From Lama guanicoe (Eukaryota): 64,000 bases of DNA. Both the position numbers and the translations under genes were made by a program. Of the stretch, positions 1 to 11,149 are shown one piece after another (position 1 is the stretch's first letter; every line of letters begins with the position of its first letter). The notes below the pieces were generated by a model. The model was given only the letters and a program-made list of their open reading frames with translations. It did no database searches and was not told the origin of the DNA. The stretch spans positions 1,207,717 to 1,271,716 of the forward strand of contig MU056898.1 in the NCBI GenBank assembly GCA_013239625.1, given 5' to 3'.

Positions 1-779
1 TGTTTCCCAGGACAAAGGGGAAGCCACACTGCAGGAAAAGTAGGCCAGGGCCCAGCAGCAGCGCGGGAAGCTGGGAGGCGCGGGCGGCCGGTGCCCCCAC
101 GTCCCCAGAGGAGCCGACGGCAGCTCCAGCCTGGCACCCAGACCTGAGCAGCCCCACGTCCCCATGTCACAATCGGAGAACACTGACCTCCTGCATGCCC
201 CTTCTCCGAGGCCAGCAGAGGCTGCGCCCCCGTAGAATGAGGGGGTGGCCCGGAGAGCAGACAGAGCAGGGAGCCCGAGACCCAGGAGTGCCTGGGACAG
301 CAGCCTTGGGAGCAGCGCGCAGGCGGGGGCTGCTCGAAGCTCCGGGCCTCCCTCGGGCAGGGGAGTCATCAGAATGCAGCACATCCAGAGTCTCGGAGGC
401 GGTGTGGACCCGGCCTCCCACAGCTGCAGGCCATGCGTCCCTGGGCCTGCTGCCCCGGTCACAGAGCTGCCACCCCGCCCCTGCCCCGGGCGCTCAACTC
501 ACACGTTGTGTTTTAGATCTCCCGCCACTATGGAGGTCGGAGATCAGGAGGCTCCGGCGGGGGCTGTGAGCAGAGGTCCGGCCACGCTCGTGGCGGGAAC
601 GTGGAAAAGCAGGTGCGAGCAGAGACCCAAGCATCGGCCCCGGGGAGACCAAGAGGCGGCAGGAGACAGCCACACAGCTCAGCCCGGCTCTGCAGCCTGC
701 ACAGCCGTCATGGTTCGGATCCCAGCGGGGTCCTGGGAGGTGCGTGCAGCGGGGCCGGCGGGCGGCGCTCACTCCCGTG

Positions 780-1400
780 GTCGCAGGGCATTCGCGATTC
801 CTCGAGGAGCGGACTTAACACCAAGGGAACCGGCTGGCTGAGGCGGGCTCGTTGGCCCTGAGGAGGAGAGGACCTGAGGGGGGTGAGAGATGCTGTCGTC
901 CCACAGCTGGATGCTCTGAAACGAGGCCCACGGGAGGCCGGCGAGCGCCGTGCCATGGAGGCTTCACTGCCCGTGAGGAGTGACAGGTCGGCTCTAAACT
1001 CTGCACGTGAATTCGTACAACCAGGAGTCGACAACGTTTCTGAAAAAACCAAAGTCGCAGGGCTTACACTCCCTGGTCTCAGACGCTACGGAGATACGCT
1101 AATCAGCACAGTGCGACTTGGACGTAAAGGTAAACACGAGGGTCAGAGGTGCACAGCAGCGTCCGCGTCTCTGGAGCCAGCTGACAAAGTGCCCGAGCAG
1201 CTAAATGGAGGAAGGACGGTCGTCCCCGCAAACGTCGGGGGCCTGAGGGTGTTCACCTGCCAAACCCCAGAACTCCTCGGCCGCTAGCTCGCCCGGCTCA
1301 CGGAGGTCGGCCCGAAGTGGGCTCTAGACCACGTGTGAGCGCTCAAACCGCGCGACTGCCAAGAGAAGATCTCGCCGGCGTGGACGGAGCGGGGCCGGGG
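780..1400 (+). mobile_element. Ancient LINE-1 (L1M) ORF2 relic, strongly GC-shifted
   Basis: ORF 883-1287 contains VSEKTKVAGLTLPGLRRYGDTLISTV, matching the L1 ORF2p pattern ILS.KNK.GG.TLPDFK.YYKA.V.KT.W. The DNA tracks the L1 3' ORF2 region (ctgacaaagtgccc, tagaccacgtgtgagcgctcaaacc). Confidence 0.7.
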
Positions 1401-2719
1401 CCGCGGGGTGGAGGGTGCCCGGGGCCAAGAGGGGCTGGGGCTGCAGCCAGTGGCTGGTGGCCGACCCGACGTGGGCGGGCCCCTCCTTGTGGGCGCCGAG
1501 CGGAGGAGGGCCAGGGTGGGTCTCCAGGATCCTCGGGGGAGTGTCCCTACACGGGCAGTGGAGCCCCAAGAGCCGCCACCAGGTTGCAGCCTGTGGTCAT
1601 CATGGCCTCGTGTCTGCTCTTCGCTGAAACTCTGCAGCCCTCTGACCTCAGGCCTGCTGCGTGCTCCCCCCGAGTGCGGCGGCCGAGGCTCCAAGTGCTG
1701 GCAGGTGCCGGATCCCAGCGCCTGCTCGCTCCTCGCAGCCCAGGGTCAGCGCCAGCTGGGGCAGCAGCCTCGGCCTGGCGGCCTTGAGACGGCCAGGTGC
1801 CTGGCTGGTGGCTCTCAAGCACCCGGGGCTGGATGGCAGCGGCGCTGTCCTAGCGGAATGGCAGCTAGCTCGTGGACTGAGTGCAGTGATGAGATGTCGG
1901 TCTCTCTGGAGGCCGAATTTATTTCTGCCTGAAAAGCTCCGGGTGTGAGCAGACTCCCTCCCAGGCCTCCCGCCACAGGGCCAGGCTGCTGGGCTCCGAC
2001 CTGTGACGCCTCTCCAGCTGCAGAAGTGTTGGCACATGGGGGCCCCTGACCAGGGTCTCCGATAACCCAAAGACGGGACTGGAGGGTGGGGCACCGGCAG
2101 AGGCCCCACCCACGACACCACCCAGCGTCCACTGTGGACCTCGCCGGCCAACCTGCCCCCAACCCTGGGCCCCTGGCTGCGAGAGCTGGTGTTGCGGGGA
2201 GCAGCCTGGCTTACTGGCGTCTGGGCCCCGGCCGAGCAGCTGAGGCGGTGCAGAGGCAGATACGGCGACCCCTGCCTTGGGGCACCCGGAGTCAGCGGGT
2301 CAGCACAGACTGTGGGACCGTGGGTAAACATCTCAGGTCTCCGACAGCGTACATGAGGGCCTCTGGTGATCCCAATGGGATTCCTGTCGCTGTGGACACA
2401 GACTGGCCTTCGTGTGGGGCTGCAGAGGGTCATGGGGGTGGGTGAGGCGTCACTGGACTATAAGCCAGGATAAAGGCCAGACCAGAAGCAGAGAGTGCCC
2501 GTCCTAAATTGGACATCCAGGCTTGGTGTCTGCCGTACAGAGCTGCTCTGGCTGTGGGGATGGAGGGCGGGAGCGGCTGCCCAGCCTCAGGTGACAGCCC
2601 CCTGATAGGAAGGATAGCTTGTCACAGGTGTCCTGGGCTTTGGACCAGAGCCGCGGCCCTTGGTTGGCAGGAGCCTAACCGCTCCCCACCACGACCCCAG
2701 TCCCGCTGGCTCTGGGCCC

Positions 2720-5530
2720 CTCACATGTCTGCGTCTACAACAAGCCTGCAGGGATTTTTATGGGGATCCGTTAAATCTGTAGATCAGCTCGGGGAGAATC
2801 CGCACCTGTAAGGTGCTGAGTGTTTCCAGCCCAACACGATGTGTCTGTCCATCGCTTTAGGTTTTCTTTGATTTGTTTCATCGGCGTTTCACAGTTTCCA
2901 GCACGCACGCCAGCTGCGTGTCTTGTTAGAAACACCCTTAAGTGTTTCAATGTTTTCTTTTTTAAGCGTCAAGTGTGTGTGTGTGCATCTTTTCCGCTCC
3001 CACTGGTCTGTGCTCGTGTTCAGAGATACGGCTGGTTTTTGTGTCGGGGTTGTGGCCTGTGACCTCGCTGAGGTCGCTCAGCCGTAGGAAGGCTTCTTTT
3101 TTCATTCTTGGCAGCCACGTCACCTGTGAGTCGGGGTCTCACTCGCTCCTTGGTCTCGTGTTCGTGCCTGTTGTCGGCTGGGACTGGAGGACAGTGGGGT
3201 CGCGGTGGTGCGCCGGCGCCTGGCCTCCTCCCGGGTCCCTGTCTCTGACCGGGGTGTGCCGTCGGCGGGGGTTATTCGTGGGCGCCGTCTGCTGGTGGTT
3301 GCTGAGAGTGGTGACCGGTGCTTGTGTGCATCCATTGATAGGCTCCTGTTTTTTTGCTTCCTTAGACAGGCAACCTGGTGGGTTGTTTTGGAAAGTTTCA
3401 GTATTGAACCAACCTTGCACTCCTGAAGTACGTCTCCCTTGGCTATGCATGTTTTTCTTTTTGTGGGTTGCTGGGTTCTCTGGCCGTCTGGTCAGTAGTT
3501 TTGTGTCTCTGTGCCTGTCGGTCTGAAGTGTCCCTGCTCTGACCTTGTCTGACGGGGCATCAGCACAGTGAATGAAATGGTCTGGAAGGCGTCCCATCCT
3601 CTTCTGTTCTCTGCAGGAGACTCTGCAGAATTGGTGTTATTTCTTCTTGGAACGTTCTGCTGGATTCCCTGGTGAAACCTTTGGGGCCTGTACTTTGCTT
3701 GTGGAAGGTCGTTAAGAGTCACAGCTGCAGGGACTAATGTTTGTGTCCCCCCAAAACTCACATGTTGAAACCTAATCCCTAATGCGACGGCACTAGGAGG
3801 GCGAGGCCTTCGGGGTGATGAGGTCATGAGGGTGGCGCCCTGTGAGTGGGATTAGCGCCCTTATAAGAGGGACCCTGGGACCTCACCGCAGTCCTTCGCA
3901 TCTCCCACCAGGTGAGCACACGGCGAGAACCCGTGTCGGGCCTCCACCGGGAGCCGCATGCCTGCACCTGGGTCTCGGACTTCTGGCCTGTGGGGCTGCG
4001 AGGAGTGAACGTCTGCTTGCTCGGCCGCGGCCTGTGGGTCCTGTCCCAGCGGCCTGTGGCTCCGAGCCTGGAACACGGGCGGTCTCTCTTATCTGGGGTG
4101 AATTGGGATGGTTTGTGCTTTTTGAAGAACTGGTCCTTTATGTCTGAGTTGTCAGATTCGCGGCGTAAAGTTGTGTCGTCCTCGTAGCCGTTTGACCGTC
4201 TCCGCCCAGTGCCCGGCGACCCCCCCCCCCGACTCTGGTGATTTGCGTGTTTGCTCTTTCCTCTTCGCCGGCTTCGCTGAAGGGTGACCCGCTGGAGCCG
4301 TCCTTTCAGAGCCCTGGCTGCGGGTCCGTGGGCTTTTCAGGGCTGTTGCTCTGCTTCGGTGCTACTGGGTTTTGCTCTTCCCCTCGTTGCTTCCTTCCTG
4401 TGGGGCTCCGGCCGCACCTTGCTGTGCTTCGTCCAGCTTCTCAAGGTGGACGGGGCTGCCGGTGTGAGATCTTCTCTCTGATTAAGCGTTTGGGGCTGTA
4501 AGTGTCCGTCTGAGCTGGGGGGGGGCTGCACCCCGCAAATTCCAGTCTGCGAGGTTTTCCTTTTTGTTTGGGTCAAGAATTGTTCGAGTTCTGTTGAAGG
4601 GCTCTCTGTGACTCAGGCCGTGCCCAGACGTGTGCTTTTAACTTCAAAGTGGCCGGGGGTCTTCGGGGTAGTTTGCTGTTACTGATTTCTTGCTTTATTC
4701 TATTATATTCAAAGAACACACTTTGTAAAATTCCATTTTTTTTTAATTCAAGACTTGTTTGGCAGCCAAGACTGGGAGCTCCCGTAATAAAAGGCTCATG
4801 TGGACCTGGTAAGGATCTGTCTTTTGAGAAGTACGTTTAGTATGTTCAGTGTAATTTCCAAATACGTTCGGAGTTGGGCCTGCCGTTCTGTGATGAGTTT
4901 TGTTTGCCTTCTCTCTGTTTTATTCCGTTTCCTCTTTTCTACTTATTTTAAGGTTATTTGACTATTTTTCAGTATTGATCTTTGACACATTTTAGTTCTT
5001 TAATTGTATCTTCGGATATTTTTCACGTGACTCCTCTAGGGGTCACGGTGTCCGTACTTGACCCTCCACAGCGCACGTACAGTGAGCATCTTGCCGCCTG
5101 AGGAGGGCGGGGTCTCAGGTGGCCCAGGCCTCCCGCGCGCCCTCCCTGCAGCAGGGGCGTTCTCACGTCCACCGTAAGAGCTTGTAATTACTGCTTTCAG
5201 CTGCTGTCGTGTTTTAAAGAACAAAAGGGGAGAAGCAGTTCCTGCTTGTAACCCGGACGTTCAGAATTCCTGCTGCTCTTTCTTCGTTCCTGACAGATCC
5301 AGCCTCCTCTGGTGCCGTTCCCTTTGCTGGAAGGTCCTCTGGCCTTTCTTTCAGAGCTCAGCAGCTGGAAACACTCAGTTTTCCCTGGTCTGACGGCGTC
5401 TCTATCTGCCCTCCTTCCTGGGGGTGCCTCTGTTTGATGCGCAAATCGGGGTCAGCGGTTCTCTTGTTGCTCTGCCGTCTGCCTCCGCGGTTTCTGTGAG
5501 AACCTGCATCACTCAGAAGACGTCCCTTCT
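2720..5530 (-). mobile_element. Ancient LINE-1 (L1M) ORF2 to inter-ORF region, antisense, interrupted by an MaLR LTR
   Basis: Typical antisense-L1 T-rich tracts, e.g. ttaaatctgtagatcagctcggggagaat, gtattgaaccaaccttgcactcctga, attccctggtgaaacctttggggcctg. Confidence 0.8.
3726..4075 (+). mobile_element. MaLR solo LTR, MLT1A-like
   Basis: TG...CA bounded, about 350 nt, with hallmark aatgtttgtgtccccccaaaactcacatgttgaaacctaatcc and gaggtcatgagggtggcgccc...gggattagcgcccttataagag. L1 sequence resumes on both sides. Confidence 0.88.
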
Positions 5531-6509
5531 GTGCAAAGAGCAGGGGTCGACAGGGGTGTCCACTGAGCAGGGCGGTGAGGTGGGTGAAGTGAGCGCCCAG
5601 CCGCCCTGTCTACACCACGTGTCTGCACCCCGTGTGTGAGAGTGACAGACCTGACAGTGGGGCCGAGGGGAGGGACGGTGCCCAGCTGCGGGTCAGGACT
5701 GACCAAGGCATCTCGCAGCGCAGCCCTCGGGGCTCCTGTGTGCCTCCTGGCTCTGCACCTGCTGTGTGAATCGGAATCGTGTCCTGGGCTGCGGAGCATC
5801 ACAGGTGAGACCGCAGGGCTTTCTGAGACTCTGTGGGGACCGTGCTTCCCCGCTGGCGTCTGCACTTCCCGCCGCCTTCCCGGGGCTGTGCATCCACCGT
5901 CCGTCCCGTCCAGAAGCCAGTGCTGGCCCCCCCTCATCCTGCTGGGTCCCGGGCAGTGCTCCGGGCCTGGTCCCGTCCTCTGGTGCCGTTCCCCCAGCTC
6001 CCAGCTCAGAGGTGCTCTGGGGTCTGCCCGTCCCTGCGGAGCAGTGGTCTCCAAATCCCCCTCCCTGAGCTCAACATCCCCGGTCCCCAGGGCGCCCCCA
6101 GCAGACCTCCGGCCGGAAGTCCGGGCCTTTGCATCCCCTCCCCTCCCACACACGTCTCACAGCCGCAGCAGCATCACGGCCACCGCCAGGGGTGGCCAGC
6201 CCCACCCCTGCTCTCCTAGGGCCACAGCCCTGCCGGTCAGAGGATCCCCTCAAGGCGTCTGTCCACCGCAGCCACAGCTCCGCAGGGTTGCCTGGTGCCA
6301 GGAGAGAAGAGGAGGGAAAAAAGAAGAAAAGCAGGATTTCTGTACATCCATCTCAGGCCGGAAAGCGGGGCTTCTCCCAACCTGCTCTGTCTGCGTCCGA
6401 GGCTCACTTCCAGGCTTCAGGTGCCTTTGCGTCCGGGCTGAGTGGTACCAGAGCCCAGACAGCAGCACCCCTGGGGGCACCCGGTGCCGTGAGCCTCACC
6501 CGGCGGCAG

Positions 6510-7470
6510 CAGACACTCTGGAAAGTCCTGAAACTGTTAAGCAGATCGCATCCAAAATCACAGAGCTTTCAAAAAAGAGATCTTCAGCCCAGCTGATTTC
6601 ACTGGTGGATTCCGGCTAACACGCAAGGAAGAATTAACACTGGATTGCACAGGCTCTTCAAGAAATTGAATAGACAGCGCTTTCAACTCCTTTTATGAAA
6701 CAAATATGACCCTAATTTCAAAAATCAGTATCAAGGCGAAAAACAGAACCTGCAGGAAATCATTAACTTGTTCCAGGAACGCAGGGCTGGTTCTCCAGTC
6801 AACTGTCAGGCGATACAGCCCAGCAGCCCCACGCGATCGAGTCAGCCGGTGGCCTGGAAGCACTGGCAAAACCGAGTGCCCGCAGAACGCAGCGAATGAG
6901 GGGAAGAGGGAGCTTCCTCACCAGGGGGCCGTCCACAGGGCCCTCCGCCTGGCGTCGCCCTGCTGGTCCCAGCCCAGAACCCAGGCAAAGACGGTGGTCA
7001 CTCAGCAGCCCAAGCGAACGTGTGGAGGTCCTGGACCGCAGGAGAGGAAGAGGCGGGAGCAGAACCTTGTCTTTGCAGATGGCACGTTCGTCTACGTAGA
7101 CAATCCCGAGTTAGGAAAAACACGCGATGAGTCGGCGCTGGTTTCTGTGTGTTGCTCTGTGTCCTGCAGCCTTGCCCACGTCACCTCACGCGATGCGTGT
7201 GCTTGTTGTATGTACGTGGTACGTACTAGCAACGAACGTGTGGGAACTGAAATTTAAAACGTAAGTACCGTTTCTCCCCACTCTCCCCATAATGAAGTTC
7301 CAAGGTGCAGTTCTAACAAAACACGTGCCAGACCTGTTTGCTGAGAACCACAGGCCATCGAGCAGGAGGTCAAAGGAGATCTAAGTAAGCAGAGAGACGT
7401 CCCGCGTCCGCGGGGGACACTCACCAGCGCGAAGATGTCCTTTCCGCCCAAGCTGACCCAGAGACTAATT
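6510..7470 (+). mobile_element. LINE-1 ORF2 relic including the decayed RT motif
   Basis: ORF track shows LESPETVKQIASKITELSKKRSS and VFADGTFVYVDNP (L1 RT LFADDMIVY.ENP). DNA gatttcactggtggattc and ccaggaacgcagggctggttc is L1-like. Confidence 0.82.
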
Positions 7471-8133
7471 CAGGAGACTCCCCTCTGCTTGCAACACCGG
7501 GAAGCCCGGGGCCTTCCTCCGTCCGCCTGGACTTGACTCCTCCGGGTCAGCGGTCGCGGATCCAGGGTTCTCTCCGGTCCTGGAAGGCAGCGTTGATGTA
7601 CTTTCCTCATCTTCCCCAGACCTGGCACTTGTGAGTTTTTATTAGCAGGGTCCGGGAGAGTCACCAGAAACTGTTAACGGCACAGCTGTCCGTTAGCAGG
7701 TGACTGGGGGAGAGGCTGTGGCTCCACCTGCACGCGTCCCCTCGGCCCTGACTCACCGTCCGTCCGTCGGGCACTCGTCTAGGGAAAGGGCCTTAGGGGC
7801 AGCGTGGGGGGCAGGGTGCACGTGTCCTGGAAGGAGCAGAGAAGCGGGTTGGGGACAGGCCGGGCGTCACAAGTGTGCAGGCGTGGGGCTGGGGCACTTG
7901 TGGAGGGAGTGACTCCGGGTGGCGGGCCGGCTAGATCTCCACGGTCATGGCCTCATGCAGACCGGTCCCTGGTCCCCGTGTTAGCCCTCGCAGAACGTAC
8001 ACCCCAAAATGTCGGTTTTACTGCCTATTTTTGAAGTTTTTAAAATAAAACTGCTGTCTCATGTTAACGTGCGTTTCCTTGATGACTAATCAGGAAGAAA
8101 ACTTGCTTCCTCTTCTCCACGTGGCCTCGTCCC

Positions 8134-8152
8134 TTCTCTCTCTCTCTCTCTC
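8134..8152 (+). repeat. (CT)n microsatellite adjoining the SINE tail
   Basis: ttctctctctctctctctc seen directly. Confidence 0.85.
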
Positions 8153-8153
8153 C

Positions 8154-8312
8154 TTTTTTTTTTTTTTTGGTATATTTATGTATGTATTTATTTTTGTCGG
8201 TGGGAGGAGGTACTTAGGTTTCCTTATCTATTTTCGGAGGAGGCGCTGGGGGGTGAACCCGGGACCTCTGCGTGCTAAGCTTGTGCTCCGCCGCTTGAGC
8301 TGCACCCTCCCC
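8154..8312 (-). mobile_element. tRNA-derived SINE, camelid Vic-1-like (long form)
   Basis: Reverse complement reads GGGGAGGGTGCAGCTCAAGCGG...GAGGTCCCGGGTTCACCCCCCAGCGCCTCC...AAACCTAAGTACCTCC...A-rich tail, with pol III A/B boxes. Confidence 0.85.
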
Positions 8313-10069
8313 GCTTCTGTCTCGTTTTATTCTGTTTGTACAGAGGCTTAACTTCTCGTTTTCCTGTGTGGTTACTTTGTGTAGAAAGTTTCAGCTGATT
8401 TTGGAACCTCGTGTGTTAGTTCCATCGCTTTACGCTTAGAGCCTTCTCTAGTGACTCGATAAAAAATTCTGTTTTCTGATGGGGCGCTTTGGCTTATCTT
8501 CTTCCGCTTAAAGATCTAATCCACGTGGAACTTACCCTGGCGTGCAGTGCAAGGCCAGGCTCAGGGCGGCCTGCTCCCGGGCCGCCAGGCGGGTGCCCTG
8601 GGCCTTCGCTGCCCCGGTTTGTGGTGCGTGCTCATCTGCGGCACGCTCTTTGGCGCAACAGGGCCTGTGCCGGTGCTTTCTGTCGTTCTGGTTCATTCTT
8701 CTGCCGTGTTTTTAGTCGTTACAACTGAAAGTGTGCTTTCGTATTTGGTGCAGAGCAAGGCATTTCCCCTGCTCTTTCTTACCTAGGTTTTCTTACCTGT
8801 TTATTGCTCTAAATGAATTTTGTAAGTACAAGAAAAAGCAGTTGAGGGCTTGTTCCTTACTGACACTGTGTTGAAGGTATGAATTACTTGGAAGGCGAAT
8901 TTTCGGCTCCGCCGCATTCCGTGTCTCTGGGTGGGCGACGGGAGTGCCAGGACGCGGAACCCCTGACGGCCCCCATCCCAGGAGGGCCCCCCACCCCGTC
9001 TGCTGCGGGCAGGGTCCGGAACCACGGGGTCCAGGACACCTGACTCTGTCGAATGGGCTCGTGAGGCTCCCTGCTGGTCGCCGTCCCTTCCGGGTGCAGA
9101 GCTGTGTCTGGAAGGGAGGAGTCGGGGGAGATCCTCGCCGTCTCTGCACCAAAACTCCATCCACTCTCCTTGAACAGGGTCCCCGGGACCCTGCTCTTCA
9201 GTCCAGCCTGGGCCCTGGGTCTGCACCCAGAGCAGCCCAGTCGGCGTCTCAGTCTCCCCCAACTCCTGCGTCCTCCCAAGGATGCTCTGCTCCCCACCCC
9301 CACCCCCTGCACCGGACAGCTTCTGACCCCAGCCCCCAGGGTGAGCTTGGGCAGCAGGAGGGCCTCGGTCCAAGGGTGGCAGGAGCGGTGCCAGGGGCTG
9401 GGCTGCACGCCCCGAGGCCCCTCCGACTCTGGGAGCTGCTCTGTCTGGCCACCAGAGCCTTGCCCAGCTCCAGCCCAAGGTGCTCAGGGGCAGACGGACA
9501 GACGGAAAGCTGGAGGCGGAGTGCGGGAGGCTCCCCAGCCCTGGGGTGGTTTGGACCTGTACCTCCATGCATTTCTCTTTGTTCATCTACATTGATTGGG
9601 TGCCAGAGGACAGAGCCCCTGGGGCCAGTGAAGGAGGAGCTGCTGTCCTCTGTTGCCAGTGGTCCAGCCTCCGAAATCCTGTGTCCGGGCTGGGGGTGTC
9701 AGAGCAGGCAGCACAGCCCGCTGTGCCACCCTGGGCCAGCTCCTGGCCCAGGCCTGTCCCCTCTGCCCTGAGCTGAGGCCCATCCCTCCGCCCAGCCGCT
9801 GTGACAGTGTCGTCATAGCATAGCGCCCGTGCGTGCAGTGACCCTGACGGCTGCCCGTGTCAGCAACTCCACTGGCCCAGCCGCAGCGCCTGTCCACCAG
9901 GGCCTCCTCTGGGTTTGCAGGGATGGAAACGGCTCCCCCAGCTCAGTCGCAGACGCCACCCGCCGGCTTGGATTAAAGCATCCACCTTCTGGGCCAGGAG
10001 CCCTGGGCCCCAGAGAAGGCCCTGAAGCCCAGGTGCCTTTGGCTTTGGTGGGAGTCGCCGGGTGGCCCA

Positions 10070-10190
10070 GGGCTCAGAAGACTTGGATTCCGTTCCTGTC
10101 CCACTGCCTAAGGGCTGGGTGGCCCGGGCAGGGCCCGGCCCTTCTCTGAACCCCAGCTTCCCGTCTGTGCCCTTGGGGCGGTGTGAGGCA
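10070..10190 (+). mobile_element. MIR fragment
   Basis: cagaagacttggattccgttcctg...ccttctctgaaccccagcttcccgtctgtg resembles the MIR core. Confidence 0.55.
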
Positions 10191-11149
10191 GTGTCTGCAC
10201 AGACTCTCCTGAGAGTGGATGGCAGGAGGTCACTGTCTTTGCTGGCGGGGGTCACAGCAGGCGCATGTCATCGCTGCTGCCAAGAGCTGCTGGGACAGGC
10301 GTCACTGTCCCTGATGTGGCTTCTCCCGTGTTCTCCGCTGGCTCCAGGCCCTGAGGCTGCCCTGGCTCAGCAGAGCCCCTGCAGCAGGGGGCGGGAACCA
10401 GACGGGGTCAGCCCACCTGTGGGTGCCAGAGCCGGGCGCAGCCCCTGCCGAGAGGTCGAGCAAGCCCCCGACAGGCCCCGGGCAGCACCCACCCCCGACG
10501 GCTTCCAGCCCGTGCACTTTGTGGAGGACTGGCTGGCACTTAAATCGCCGTGTGTCCCGGGCCCTTCTCCCCCCACGCTGTCTGTTTATTCCAGTGTCAG
10601 TTAGGAAAGGGCAGTGCCGTCAAGTAGGTGTCTAATTGGGGCTGTAAGGAAGTCCCATAATTGAATCTCCGGGTGTGCATGCAGACGGGGCAGGGGAAGG
10701 GGTGTGCCTGCCCGTCCCCTGGCCACTGCAGGCCCAGCTCTGCCTCGCCTGTGCCATGTCCCCAGGTGGGCCCGCCACTTGGACTCGGCATCCGCCGTGT
10801 CCTGGGCCCAGGGCAGACCTGACACGGGCTGGGGCCGGGGCCGGATCTCCAGCATCGTCGCCAGCCCACCAGCACCCCCTGCAGCCCTCTGCACCGCTGT
10901 GGGGACAGCCTCTGCTCCCACATGTGCGGAGAGCCGGGCAAGGCGCCGGCTCGGGAAGCGGGGGGGTGGGAACGCTCTTGGGGAGATCAGGCTGCCTCTG
11001 TCCAGAGGGGAGGCGCCTGCAAGGCCCGGGGGTCCCTCCCGGGCTCCCTCCCTCGGGCTCCCACTTCTCTAGTGACACCTGCCCTTGGGTGTCTCTGAGG
11101 CATCAGAGAATTGTCATGTTCAGTACGGAACTCCTCAGGCAACCGGGAG

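Larger units (their letters stand above)
8040..8890 (-). mobile_element. Ancient L1 antisense fragment (hosts a SINE)
   Basis: tgcgtttccttgatgactaat and gatctaatccacgtggaactta match antisense L1 3' ORF2. Confidence 0.6.

Noticed and set aside
980-2720. Putative inversion joining the + L1 at about 1 kb to the - L1 ending at about 2720
   Set aside because: The + L1 relic extends upstream to at least about 780 and overlaps the same consensus region as the - copy, so they are independent insertions.
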